The notes under the pieces are model-generated. The model ran no database searches. It was not told the origin of the DNA and was given only the letters and a program-made list of their open reading frames with translations. Of a DNA stretch of 64,000 nucleotides, positions 1 through 10,038 are shown piece after piece. The stretch is taken from IMG/VR virus record IMGVR_UViG_3300036770_005504, positions 9,045-73,044 of that record, one strand, 5' to 3'. The translations under genes were made by a program, and so were the position numbers. Every line of letters begins with the position of its first letter. Position 1 is the stretch's first letter. The stretch is from a virus.

Positions 1-315
1 GTATTTTTCCTGTTGCTGCATAGGACTGGCTCCATCTTTAAATCCTGGGCGTAAATTTTGAGATGTGCTTTGATCCCAAGTCAGTTGTTGACTTTGCTCT
101 AAGATATTTGGCAATATTTCTGACCAATCGCCAATAAATCTACCCAATCGATGAAACCATTGTCCTTCGAGATCAGTCTGCCATTTATCAAAATGATAGT
201 TACTGAATGTCTTGGCATACTCATAACTGCTGTGAAATTTATTGCCATCTTGATGATTGAAATCATCGGGCAGTTTGGGATATTTAACTCGTTGGGTATA
301 TATGTCAATATTCAT
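1..315 (-). CDS. Hypothetical protein, 5' part only (runs off the window start)
   Basis: Manually translated open frame from ATG at 315 (MNIDIYTQRVKYPKLPDDF...) to position 1; ATAAGTA late-promoter-like box 5 nt upstream. Confidence 0.7.
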   Translation of the reverse strand, partial: MNIDIYTQRVKYPKLPDDFNHQDGNKFHSSYEYAKTFSNYHFDKWQTDLEGQWFHRLGRFIGDWSEILPNILEQSQQLTWDQSTSQNLRPGFKDGASPMQQQEKY

Positions 316-317
316 AA

Positions 318-345
318 TGATACTTATCTTGAATAATAAGTATCA
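318..345. promoter_or_regulatory. Back-to-back divergent late-promoter-like boxes (ATAAGTA) in a 10-bp inverted repeat
   Basis: TGATACTTAT (318-327) and ATAAGTATCA (336-345) lie between divergent genes. Confidence 0.55.
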
Positions 346-365
346 ATACATTAAAGGTTTTTACA

Positions 366-1505
366 ATGGATCTTGTCAAGAATTATCCTCAGGGATATTA
401 TCAAGTTGGTAATAAGTTATATATTAATAAACACACTGCCATGGTAGAAGCAGTGAATAACCACAACAATGAAAAAATTTCTTATCATTTTTTCGATGAG
501 TCATGGACAAATTTTGATAGAAACAAAATAGGTCAGTATTCTCTCAATGAGCTTTATCGTCAACGAGCTCAACAATTAAGAAATCAATATGATTATCTTA
601 TTTTATATTTCAGTGGTGGTGCCGACAGCTATAATGTATTAAGGTCTTTTTGTGATAATAATATACATCTCGACGAAATATGTGTCAAATGGTGCACCGA
701 TGTGTTTAACAGTAATCGACACATATATACACCCAACACCGTCGATTTGACATCCTACAACTATCTCAGTGAATGGGACTACGCAATAAAACCAGTATTA
801 GAATGGGTAGCTCAACATCATTCAGACATAAAAATCACAATATTAGATTGGTTTAAAGATCGAGACTCGACCACTATCGCTAATGCATTTGCCCTGGTCA
901 ATCATTTTCACGATTGTGAAATTAATAGTTTAGCAATCTGGAGTCCAAACGAAGCTCGACAATTAGAGTTAGGCAAAACTGTGGGCAGTATATACGGTAT
1001 AGACAAACCCAATATGTTCATTGATACTAATAGTCAACAATGGAAATTATTTTTTTCTGACACCACCGTGGCAATGGGCACACCAAATCCGGACAATGTC
1101 TGGGGGACAGAATATTTCTATATCACACCCAATATGCCCGAGATTATATTTGAAATGGCACATCAATTGATTATCGAATCTCGTAATAATAATTTGTTAG
1201 CTCAGGTATTAGATATAAAAACAGCCAACAATATGTCCGAGTTTCAGGTCAGACAAAAAATTGTCAGACACATACTATACAATAATTGGACAGATAGGTT
1301 TCAATGTTTTAAACCCACTATCAAAGAAAGAAGCGACAAGCATTTTTGGATCTATAGGTCCGACGAGTTAAGTGACTACAAAAATCTCTACGAAGAACTC
1401 AAAACATATTATGATCAACAACTTGAGCACAGTCGATATCGTGGACAACGAGCATTAATTTATCAACCATTGAATTCAGCAGGATTTCCAATTTGCCCAA
1501 AATAA
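366..1505 (+). CDS. PP-loop (adenine nucleotide alpha-hydrolase) ATP pyrophosphatase family protein
   Basis: LILYFSGGADS motif; clear paralogue of 4090-5250. Confidence 0.75.
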   Translation: MDLVKNYPQGYYQVGNKLYINKHTAMVEAVNNHNNEKISYHFFDESWTNFDRNKIGQYSLNELYRQRAQQLRNQYDYLILYFSGGADSYNVLRSFCDNNIHLDEICVKWCTDVFNSNRHIYTPNTVDLTSYNYLSEWDYAIKPVLEWVAQHHSDIKITILDWFKDRDSTTIANAFALVNHFHDCEINSLAIWSPNEARQLELGKTVGSIYGIDKPNMFIDTNSQQWKLFFSDTTVAMGTPNPDNVWGTEYFYITPNMPEIIFEMAHQLIIESRNNNLLAQVLDIKTANNMSEFQVRQKIVRHILYNNWTDRFQCFKPTIKERSDKHFWIYRSDELSDYKNLYEELKTYYDQQLEHSRYRGQRALIYQPLNSAGFPICPK

Positions 1506-2204
1506 TTTTTGCTGTTGATGAATTTCTACCCATCTCGACAAACCATAAGTCAAGATATCCTTGGAATCAATTGCCAGCTGCTGAAATTTTTGTCGGTCAT
1601 ATTGTCCTAATTCAAATACTTCAATCATTGATGACAAATAGTCTGGATAGATATCTCCTACATAGCAATAGTAGTAGTGGTCACTAACATTGTCTACCCA
1701 ATGAGGTAAAAAACTGTTTAGAGTATATACAGTATGTTTGTTATAGGGTTCCAATAAATCATAGCTGTTTAAATTTTGATCTAAATTAGAAAAGTAAAGA
1801 TTAATTAACTTGCTGTCAGACATGGGTATCATTATTCTGTGACAAAATTTATGAAGTTCATGTTCACCATCAATGTGACGATCAATCGATTGCCCCGGGC
1901 TAATTCTCAGTATACCACTTTTAATAATTCGCCCCGGTAACAATGTCAGTAGATCACAAATTAATTGTTCATAATGATTTAATAATTGCTGATCGAGATG
2001 TTGATTACAGTCAAATGTATAAAATTTTTTATCATTTGACAATGGACTAGTTTTAAACCATATCGTATTAGTATTTCGAAACTTAAAATTATTTTTGGGT
2101 CTAGTGTCTGCATTCCATGATTGCTCTGGGATGTCAACAACAAATTCTAATAATTTGTCTGTGTTTATTTGTCCCAAAACTTGCCGATGATCCGGTAACC
2201 ACAT
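1476..2204 (-). CDS. 2OG-Fe(II) oxygenase, aspartyl/asparaginyl beta-hydroxylase-like
   Basis: I.PG..I..HID (HxD), HRIMIP and distal N...HWVDN. Confidence 0.65.
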   Translation of the reverse strand: MWLPDHRQVLGQINTDKLLEFVVDIPEQSWNADTRPKNNFKFRNTNTIWFKTSPLSNDKKFYTFDCNQHLDQQLLNHYEQLICDLLTLLPGRIIKSGILRISPGQSIDRHIDGEHELHKFCHRIMIPMSDSKLINLYFSNLDQNLNSYDLLEPYNKHTVYTLNSFLPHWVDNVSDHYYYCYVGDIYPDYLSSMIEVFELGQYDRQKFQQLAIDSKDILTYGLSRWVEIHQQQKLFWANWKSC

Positions 2205-2214
2205 GATGCATTAT

Positions 2215-3129
2215 TTACCTGAGATTATCAACACTTTGTTTGACCAGCTGCTCGGCATATTCCTGACCCATGGGCAAAGGTTCAAAAAATTGATCTTCGA
2301 AATTCTTTATGACCATGGGATCACTGACATATGACGATACTATGTTTCTCCAGGTATCAACAATGGCAGTTGGTGTATTAGGTGGTAAAATTAAAACAAA
2401 ACCATCAAAATCTTTCCAGTTGGGATATTTGTTTTGTATTAGATCTGCGTTGGGATATTGATATAATTTATTTTTAGCAGCTATACCCACTAATACCAGA
2501 CGATTTGCTTGAATATGAGAATGAACCAAACTCAATGGTAGTGCTGCCAGATCTATATGACCTCCTAATAGATCATTGACAACCAGTGCTCCACCTCTGT
2601 AACTGATCAATGAATGTTGGTAATTTGGGTTTACTATATTGATCAGTTGTTGTAGAGACATTTTTTGCCCTGGCGCACCTTGCCCTATTTTTACGTGATT
2701 ATTTTTTCTTATATCATAGTCAATATCTTGGAATGTGGTTAACCCGCTGGTTTTTGATGTCACGAATGCAGTGACACTATTTCTAATAGCAGACACCACA
2801 ATGAGATTGGAATTTGAATTCTTAATACGATGTATAGCCACTGTTCCTGCAGTCCCAACACTGACAGTGTAACCGTCGTTGGGGGACTTTTCAATTTCGT
2901 TCATTCCTATTAGGCCTTCGGCACCTGATTTATAAACTGCAGCAGTATTGATATTTTTATCCAAGAGATATTTTTTAAAATGTTGATATGTTTGATCAAC
3001 TCCTCCACCAGGCGGAAAAGGGATCACAACTGTGACTGTTTTTTTATTAAAATCTAGTGCGTGAGCCCCTGGCCATTGCAGTAGCAACAGAATAGCAAAA
3101 ACAACAAAAAATTTAATATTGTTTATCAT
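2215..3129 (-). CDS. Bug/TctC family tripartite tricarboxylate transporter substrate-binding protein
   Basis: Signal peptide; VIPFPPGGGVD, GAEGLIG, DGYT, YRGG..VVNDLLGGHID motifs. Confidence 0.85.
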   Translation of the reverse strand: MINNIKFFVVFAILLLLQWPGAHALDFNKKTVTVVIPFPPGGGVDQTYQHFKKYLLDKNINTAAVYKSGAEGLIGMNEIEKSPNDGYTVSVGTAGTVAIHRIKNSNSNLIVVSAIRNSVTAFVTSKTSGLTTFQDIDYDIRKNNHVKIGQGAPGQKMSLQQLINIVNPNYQHSLISYRGGALVVNDLLGGHIDLAALPLSLVHSHIQANRLVLVGIAAKNKLYQYPNADLIQNKYPNWKDFDGFVLILPPNTPTAIVDTWRNIVSSYVSDPMVIKNFEDQFFEPLPMGQEYAEQLVKQSVDNLR

Positions 3130-3130
3130 A

Positions 3131-4093
3131 TTATTCTACCTTGAGATTCTGAATAATTGTTCTGTATTTTTTTATTTCATCATCGATGAAATTTGACAAT
3201 TCTTGTGTGGTCATCAATGGTCCTACAGTGGCTCCACTTTTTTCCAATAATTGCCGCAATGGTAGACTGGCAACTATCAAATTGATTTGATTATTTAAAA
3301 ATTGACGATGTGCGTCTGGTATTCCACCGGGTGCCAGTATAGCATACCAACTTGAATAGAAATAATTTTCATAACCGGATTCTTTAACAGTGGGTAAATT
3401 TGGATATTGTGGCAATCGTGAACGAGTTGCCACCGCTATTGCCCGGACTCGTTGTGATTCCAGCAAGTGTCGAACAGTTAATATATTGGCTATCCACAAG
3501 TGAGTTTCACCACTGCCAAGGCTTAAAACAGCAGGACTAGCACTTTTAAATGGAATATGTAAGATATCAGTCTGTGTAATTTGTTTCAAATGTTCAGCAG
3601 CCAATTTAGGCAAACTGCTAGGCCCAGCTGATGCATAATTATATTTCCCGGGATTATCTCGAACAAGTTTAATAAAATCTCCGAGAGTGTCTGCTGGCAC
3701 TTGGGAGTTGACAAAAATCACATAAGGCATTTCACCAACAAATGCCAGTGGAGTGAAATCTAATTTAGTGTCATACGGTAATTTTTTAAAAACCGAAGGA
3801 TTAGTGGCAAATGTTTGAGTAGCAAACAACAAAACATGCCCATTGGATTTGGCACTGGCAACTTCGTTGGCTGCAATAGTTTGCCCACCACCGGGTTTAT
3901 TTTCTACAATGACATTAATACGAAGACGTTCGCTGAGTTGTTGAGCAATGAATCTTGCCACAACATCGACTCCACTACCTGGCGATACTCCAGTGACAAT
4001 TCTAATAGATTTTGTAGGGAAATCCAATGCATACGCTGGATTAAACAGATTGATTGACAATAGTATTGATAATATTTTAAATAGTTTTTTCAT
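3131..4093 (-). CDS. Bug/TctC family tripartite tricarboxylate transporter substrate-binding protein
   Basis: Signal peptide; FPTKSIRIV..PGSGVD..AR, VIVENKPGGG, LPYD...DF.P, HIPFK, PNLPTVKESG. Confidence 0.92.
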   Translation of the reverse strand: MKKLFKILSILLSINLFNPAYALDFPTKSIRIVTGVSPGSGVDVVARFIAQQLSERLRINVIVENKPGGGQTIAANEVASAKSNGHVLLFATQTFATNPSVFKKLPYDTKLDFTPLAFVGEMPYVIFVNSQVPADTLGDFIKLVRDNPGKYNYASAGPSSLPKLAAEHLKQITQTDILHIPFKSASPAVLSLGSGETHLWIANILTVRHLLESQRVRAIAVATRSRLPQYPNLPTVKESGYENYFYSSWYAILAPGGIPDAHRQFLNNQINLIVASLPLRQLLEKSGATVGPLMTTQELSNFIDDEIKKYRTIIQNLKVE

Positions 4094-5250
4094 GATAAAA
4101 ATTTTCCAATGGTATAAAGACGGGTATTTAACGGAACCAGACTGCCACTTTCAGTGCGAAATCGATCGTCGATTTCGTCAAGGAATCCTTGAAATTGCCA
4201 TCGCCATGATGAAATCAGTCTGTCAAAATTTGGACTTTGATAAAGCCAAAAATCTTTGTCTCGTATGACTGCACTGAATGATTTTTCAGTTTGGAAGGTA
4301 TTTATGTTCCAGGTGTCTGGGTATAGCACTTTTCTGGCCACATAATTGTTAAATTCCACAACTTGATCAATAGGAGCTCTCAGTGGTCTTGATCTTAGAT
4401 ATTTTCTCAGATCAGGATTCTGTTCATAATACTTTAAAATCGAGTAAGCCATTTCAAAAATTAATTGGGGTAATTTAGGACTCCAATAAAACGCTTCAAA
4501 CTCGCCCAAATAATTACTGGCAGTTTGCATAGATACGTCTGAAAAAAACATACTGACAGTGGTTAGATCTCGGTTTAAAAACAGTCTGGGTTTGTCATAT
4601 CCATAAATTGATGCAACTTTCTTGCCTTGGTCCAGATTTTTTTGGCTGTGTTTACTGAAATTCTGATTTCGAGGCAAACACCCTGCTCCATAATATGTTG
4701 AGGATTTCAAAAAAGATTCAGGTTGATACAGCCGGTCATTGAGATTCGCCGACCAATCACCTACTTCGATATTGATCTCAGGTCGATAACGTGCAATCCA
4801 TTGCAGAGTTGGTAATACACAATAATCCCACTCACTGAGTAGGTTAAATGATGATTTGTCAATGTCATTGGGTTTGTAAATTTTACTATCAATGGCAATT
4901 TTCGGCCAGTTGGTAAAAATATTATCCAAATGAATATTGTTTTGCACAAAGGTCATTAAAATATTATGACTATCTGCACCACCAGAATAATGCAATGTTA
5001 GATAGTCATATTCGTCACGTAGTTGTTGAGCTCGTTGGCGGTATAGATGTTGCAACGAACTACTGCCCAACTTTGATTTGTCAAACTCGGACCAAATATC
5101 ATCATACCAGTGATATGTGACATTACTGTCTTTGTGTTTAGATGCTGCAATTAATGCTGATCTTTTATCAAAATATCGATTGGTAGCATCGAGTCTCGAC
5201 ACTTGCCAATGCCCCAATGGGCCTGTTATTTGCGATTCGACACCAATCAT
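4090..5250 (-). CDS. PP-loop ATP pyrophosphatase family protein
   Basis: LHYSGGADS; shares LYRQRAQQLR, SEWDY and SIYG.DKP blocks with 366-1505. Confidence 0.75.
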   Translation of the reverse strand: MIGVESQITGPLGHWQVSRLDATNRYFDKRSALIAASKHKDSNVTYHWYDDIWSEFDKSKLGSSSLQHLYRQRAQQLRDEYDYLTLHYSGGADSHNILMTFVQNNIHLDNIFTNWPKIAIDSKIYKPNDIDKSSFNLLSEWDYCVLPTLQWIARYRPEINIEVGDWSANLNDRLYQPESFLKSSTYYGAGCLPRNQNFSKHSQKNLDQGKKVASIYGYDKPRLFLNRDLTTVSMFFSDVSMQTASNYLGEFEAFYWSPKLPQLIFEMAYSILKYYEQNPDLRKYLRSRPLRAPIDQVVEFNNYVARKVLYPDTWNINTFQTEKSFSAVIRDKDFWLYQSPNFDRLISSWRWQFQGFLDEIDDRFRTESGSLVPLNTRLYTIGKFLS

Positions 5251-5300
5251 TGAAATATTTATATTTGGATATATTGTCGGATAAATATTTCAATGATTGG
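5243..5300. promoter_or_regulatory. Divergent T4-type late promoters within a perfect 20-bp inverted repeat
   Basis: ATAAATATTTCAATGATTGG on both strands (5243-5262 minus, 5281-5300 plus); exact TATAAATA at 5256-5263 minus. Confidence 0.8.
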
Positions 5301-6036
5301 ATTGGGATCAAATTCTGCAGCATTTAAGTATTTAGATGAGTTTGTTAGTTGTCCGGATTGGAGTCAACTTCACACTGATGTTTGTTATGGAATAGCCCGA
5401 AGCCACTGGAATAAAAGATATGTCAGCAGTGGAATTCATGATGATTTTGCTGACAAAGAAATAACCCCTTATGTTCGAACACTAGAGCATCATCTAACAG
5501 ATCATGCACTGGACAAATTTAATCTATTAGACAACACAGATCAACGGTTGAAATTTGTGTCCGCATGGGGACCAATCCCTCATCCCTTTTGGTTAATTTA
5601 TATTAGAGATAATAAACGTATCGAACCCACTGGTATTTTTAATAAATCTCTGGCACAAGATTGTGATTGGACAGACAATAAAAAGTATTTTGGCAGTTTA
5701 ATTGATTTCATAGAGCAACTGCCTTTTCAACAGTTGGGAAGAATAATTTTGTTTATGACTGAAGCCAATAATGCCACACTACCACATTATGATGGTGCTC
5801 ATCGATTTGAGCGGCCATCTGATGATTTTGTTTGGTTTACCACAAAACCTTCCACTAAACAGATATTTGTATTTGATGAGTTAACCAAGAAAAAACACTA
5901 TCCTGACCCTGGCAAAAAACTAATATGGTTCAATGAGATGGATTTTCACGGCACTGATCCAGTGGACCATTTTTCTTTTAGTATACGCATAGACGGACAA
6001 TTTAGGTCAGACATAAAACAAAGATTATTAAAATGA
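5293..6036 (+). CDS. Putative 2OG-Fe(II)/cupin-fold oxygenase
   Basis: LPHYDG (HxD), distal FHG and FSIRIDG. Confidence 0.55.
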   Translation: MIGLGSNSAAFKYLDEFVSCPDWSQLHTDVCYGIARSHWNKRYVSSGIHDDFADKEITPYVRTLEHHLTDHALDKFNLLDNTDQRLKFVSAWGPIPHPFWLIYIRDNKRIEPTGIFNKSLAQDCDWTDNKKYFGSLIDFIEQLPFQQLGRIILFMTEANNATLPHYDGAHRFERPSDDFVWFTTKPSTKQIFVFDELTKKKHYPDPGKKLIWFNEMDFHGTDPVDHFSFSIRIDGQFRSDIKQRLLK

Positions 6037-7493
6037 ATATTATATTTTGGACCGGGGTGTTTGAATTGTCCACTCATTACCGCGCGATTGGTGCTTATCA
6101 GTTGGCCAGCTGGATGAGAAAGCACGGTTATAGTTGTCAGGTCATTGATTTTGTTCATCATATGTCTGTGGATGAATTAATAAAGTTTACTGAAAAATTC
6201 ATTACGTCAGACACAATATGTATAGGGATAAGTTCGACGTTTTGGAGTCAATTAGTTCCTAGAAATAAAACCTGGTCTATGTCAAGATTTTCTCCAATCA
6301 CTGTGCCGGACATCATAGAATCAGCATTGCTTGAACTTCGTAAAAAATATCCCACGGTGAAATGGGTATTGGGCGGAGTCAGTGCTGACTTCATCCCTCC
6401 GGAATCCTATCAACTATTTGATGTTTCTATAGTGGGCGATGCTGAAGATACTTTTCTTGATTTGGTAAATTCTTGGAAAAATCAAAAAAGAATTTTTCAC
6501 AGTGTGACTCGTGGCGGTCGTCCTTTTATGAATGCACAGCCCAATCGGATTTTTGATATTCAACATTCAACACATCGATTTCTGCAGCAAGATTGCATAG
6601 TGCCCGGGGAAACATTACCTATAGAAATCAGTCGTGGTTGTATATTTCGTTGTGCATTTTGTCAATATCCTCATTTGGGCAAAACTAAATTTGATTATCT
6701 CAGACAGCCAGAATTGATCGGTGAAGAAATTGAATATAATTACCAACAATTTAAAACTCAAAATTATTATATCTTAGATGACACATTCAATGACAGTGAT
6801 TATAAAATGCAGGGATGGCAAACTTCATTGTCTAAACTGAATTTTACAATTAATTATACTGCATATCTCAGAGCTGACTTGTTGAACAGAAATCCAGACC
6901 ATATCCATCTATTGCAAAATACAGGATTGGTCAGTGGTTTTTTTGGTATAGAAAGTTTTAATCCCGAAGCCAGTCGAATTGTGGGCAAAGGATGGAGCGG
7001 AAAACAAGCACAAAAATTTTTACCAGAATTGAAATCATTATGGAAAGATAATACCACTTTTCATTGTAGTTTCATTGTGGGTCTCCCACCGGAAACAGTC
7101 AACGAATATTTTGCCGCTCAACAATGGCTGATAGACAACAATATAGATTCTTGGGTGTTTAAACCTTTGTTGATCACGCCCGGCACACGAACAATGAGCA
7201 GTGATTTTGATCGTAATTACGAAAAATACGGTTTTGTCTATGATCCAGGCACACAGGGATGGTCTAGTCAATATTTAAACAGCAAAAAAGCAGTTACAAT
7301 CGCAGCCACCCTTAATAAGATCAGCGAAAAATATATAAAAACCACATCCTGGAAGGCATTGAGTTTGATGGGGTTGGGTGTGGATAAATCACAACTATTG
7401 AACAAAAAAGCCAATGAATTGGATTGGAACGATATTCATAAAAAAAAGCAAGACTTTATCGCAACCTATAAAGAAAAATTAAATGCTTTATAG
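6033..7493 (+). CDS. B12-binding-domain radical SAM protein
   Basis: EISRGCIFRCAFC (CxxxCxxC), DDTFN, FGIES, FIVGLP; N-terminal cobalamin-binding-like region. Confidence 0.85.
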   Translation: MNIIFWTGVFELSTHYRAIGAYQLASWMRKHGYSCQVIDFVHHMSVDELIKFTEKFITSDTICIGISSTFWSQLVPRNKTWSMSRFSPITVPDIIESALLELRKKYPTVKWVLGGVSADFIPPESYQLFDVSIVGDAEDTFLDLVNSWKNQKRIFHSVTRGGRPFMNAQPNRIFDIQHSTHRFLQQDCIVPGETLPIEISRGCIFRCAFCQYPHLGKTKFDYLRQPELIGEEIEYNYQQFKTQNYYILDDTFNDSDYKMQGWQTSLSKLNFTINYTAYLRADLLNRNPDHIHLLQNTGLVSGFFGIESFNPEASRIVGKGWSGKQAQKFLPELKSLWKDNTTFHCSFIVGLPPETVNEYFAAQQWLIDNNIDSWVFKPLLITPGTRTMSSDFDRNYEKYGFVYDPGTQGWSSQYLNSKKAVTIAATLNKISEKYIKTTSWKALSLMGLGVDKSQLLNKKANELDWNDIHKKKQDFIATYKEKLNAL

Positions 7494-7501
7494 AAAATGT
7501 T

Positions 7502-8035
7502 TCAATGTTCGAATAATTCCGTCTGTCGTATTGACTCAGGATACTTGTATCTCATGGTGATAAAATATCTGTGGTCGGGGCCTCCATTGGCCACACTGTG
7601 CATCACAATATTATTGATGACATAGACTCCTCCTTTGACAAAATGGCAGACATGACTACGTGCATTGACTCGGTCATACCACATCATCAAGACTTGAGGA
7701 TTGGTTATGATGGGAATTTGTAATTTAATTAGATTAGTGGGTCCGTAATGCTCGGGAATTCTGTTTTTTAAAATATCTGTGTGCTCGGGCATATAAGTGT
7801 AAGGGCTCATTCTTGCTATATTACTATTGAAATGACCATCGGATCGTAACCAATTATTTAAAAACAACAACAATGATTCCAATAAATCCGACTTAATAGG
7901 TGCATACACTTGTATTATATCATCTGGAAAACTACTTGAAGCAAAATAGTCTAGAGTAGTAACATAATCGACAAATTTTTCAATGACATTGTCTGGCAGT
8001 GTGCAGATATGTCGGCAAAAAAAATTATGTTTCAT
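7502..8035 (-). CDS. 2OG-Fe(II) oxygenase, aspartyl/asparaginyl beta-hydroxylase-like
   Basis: MPEHTD (HxD), QIPIITNP, INN..MHSVAN.G...R. Confidence 0.75.
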   Translation of the reverse strand: MKHNFFCRHICTLPDNVIEKFVDYVTTLDYFASSSFPDDIIQVYAPIKSDLLESLLLFLNNWLRSDGHFNSNIARMSPYTYMPEHTDILKNRIPEHYGPTNLIKLQIPIITNPQVLMMWYDRVNARSHVCHFVKGGVYVINNIVMHSVANGGPDHRYFITMRYKYPESIRQTELFEH

Positions 8036-8610
8036 ATTATGGGATTCAACTCTGAATTATATTTGGTGTTGATAATACAATTATTTTTGTCTGCATTTTG
8101 TTCTAAAAACTGTTGATAATATTTCAATGCCAACTGCTGTGATATTTGTCGGTAAGGCAGCAAATGTCTGACTTCAAAACCACTGTCATAAATGCCTTGC
8201 CCCAAAGAAATTTTTTCTTGTTCAGTCCATTGGTGTCCTGACTTCAGTGTCGGTGTTTGATCAAATATACTTTTGATTATGTCAACACTGCGCCAAATTT
8301 CAATGTAGTCGATACTGTGACTGATACTATTTAATACTTTGACTCTCCAAACTAGATTACCATTGGCTCCACTGTCATCAAATACTTGATTGTGATTACG
8401 CCACACCTGACCTAGATGTTGAGTTTGTGTCCTGACATTGAGCCCTCGAGTATGCCCATTGGCAAAATAGTTTTTTATGAATTGCTCATTTTCAAAACGA
8501 TGTTGAATCCATAGATATCTCACAGCCCAACCAGGCTGGTTGTCAGGATCTATTAGACCGAACATTTCTTTGAGATTGTCATTGAAAAAGCATTCTGTCA
8601 AATAGTTCAT
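8032..8610 (-). CDS. Hypothetical protein
   Basis: 192-aa ORF, stop overlaps next start. Confidence 0.6.
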   Translation of the reverse strand: MNYLTECFFNDNLKEMFGLIDPDNQPGWAVRYLWIQHRFENEQFIKNYFANGHTRGLNVRTQTQHLGQVWRNHNQVFDDSGANGNLVWRVKVLNSISHSIDYIEIWRSVDIIKSIFDQTPTLKSGHQWTEQEKISLGQGIYDSGFEVRHLLPYRQISQQLALKYYQQFLEQNADKNNCIINTKYNSELNPII

Positions 8611-8613
8611 ATG

Positions 8614-9405
8614 TTATTTCAATAGAGGTAACCAAATTCGACAAGGATCCCATTCCCACCAACGACCACTGACACTAGACCCAAAATCAAATGAACCGGG
8701 TGAATGGTGATGATTGTTATGCCACCCTTGACCCCAACCCAGATATCCCATTACAACATTGTTATGAGAGTTATCATGTGTATCAAAGTTTCTATAACCA
8801 ATGCCCAGTGGCAAATGTCCCACTATATTAATGGTGTTGTCCTGCAGAAGACTCAATGCAGTGGGCAAACATAATAAACACAAACTCAATTTCCAATCAA
8901 ATAAACTCACCACAATTGGTGCTAACCATAATATTTTAAAATGATTTTGATGAAACCAAATATGGTTGGGTTTACGTAATAAGTCACTGGCATATTTTAA
9001 ACTAATGCCAGGATTATTTTCTGTGATTTGATTTGCCCAGCCAAAAAATGCATGATAAATTCCATGTTTTGGACTATGTATGTCTCGATCAGTGTCGGCA
9101 AATCTGTGGTGATATCCACGATGTATAGCAGTCCATGTAATACTAGATCCTTGACCGCCTAGGCTGCCCAAGAATAATATGAAATTTTCTTTCCACAGTG
9201 GTAGATTGGGATGTGTTTTATGACTGAAAATTCTATGATAACCCACTGCTATACCCAGGCCAGAGATCAACGTCCAGCCCAATAATGTAGCAAATAGATA
9301 TTGAACTGGAATAATATTCATGATTATCAATGCAATTGTGATTGCACCCAAACACATAAATGGAATGAAACTGAACCAAGTATACTTAGAAATATTTTTA
9401 AACAT
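8614..9405 (-). CDS. Membrane fatty acid (delta-9-type) desaturase
   Basis: Three His boxes HRIFSH, HRGYHH, WHNNHH and hydrophobic segments; ATG at 9405 preferred. Confidence 0.92.
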   Translation of the reverse strand: MFKNISKYTWFSFIPFMCLGAITIALIIMNIIPVQYLFATLLGWTLISGLGIAVGYHRIFSHKTHPNLPLWKENFILFLGSLGGQGSSITWTAIHRGYHHRFADTDRDIHSPKHGIYHAFFGWANQITENNPGISLKYASDLLRKPNHIWFHQNHFKILWLAPIVVSLFDWKLSLCLLCLPTALSLLQDNTINIVGHLPLGIGYRNFDTHDNSHNNVVMGYLGWGQGWHNNHHHSPGSFDFGSSVSGRWWEWDPCRIWLPLLK

Positions 9406-9432
9406 TGCAAAAACCCATTGGTTCAATATTTA

Positions 9433-10038
9433 TTATAAACCAGCACCCAATATCAGTTTCGACCTATATTTTTGTCTAAGGAAGCTACACCTTACCACAG
9501 TGTCAACTGGTAATAAAACTCTGTTAAATAAAATTTGCCAATGGTGTGTATAGAGACATCGATGTCTAGCTGGCACATAGTATTCATCAAAGTAATCATA
9601 TCTTTGTTGACTGTGTGTCGACAACGCAAATCTTCTCATTGATCGCATATACCGTTGATGCCAAAGACTATAAAATTTTAGTCTGCCGGTTGATTCTTGA
9701 AATTCAATCATTCGATCAGTCATCTGATGAACATAGTGCAATTTACAATCTTTGTTGGATTTGATCTGTGTATAAAACCAGCTGGGTTCGTCGATACTTT
9801 GATATGATGAAATCAAAGCCACTAATTTATTGTCTACCCATGCACCCAATGCATGATAGCCAGTCAAGTCACTGAGATAAGCATTAACAAAGTTGTGATA
9901 GTATTGTGTATTTTGGTCGTGTTGTTCGTAGGGTTTCAAATAGAATTCGTTGATATTATTCTTGCCCATATAACGGTCATCTAAAAATAGTTCACGAACT
10001 GATGGACGATCGTCGGCAGTCAAAAACTTTATTTCCAT
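9433..10038 (-). CDS. Hypothetical protein, possible GNAT-fold acyltransferase
   Basis: MEIKFLTADD start and ALGAWVDNKLVALIS strand pattern. Confidence 0.45.
   Translation of the reverse strand: MEIKFLTADDRPSVRELFLDDRYMGKNNINEFYLKPYEQHDQNTQYYHNFVNAYLSDLTGYHALGAWVDNKLVALISSYQSIDEPSWFYTQIKSNKDCKLHYVHQMTDRMIEFQESTGRLKFYSLWHQRYMRSMRRFALSTHSQQRYDYFDEYYVPARHRCLYTHHWQILFNRVLLPVDTVVRCSFLRQKYRSKLILGAGL

Noticed and set aside
99-336. ORF-track calls 99-308 (-) and 151-336 (+)
   Set aside because: A better frame from ATG 315 on the minus strand stays open to the window edge and has a promoter box
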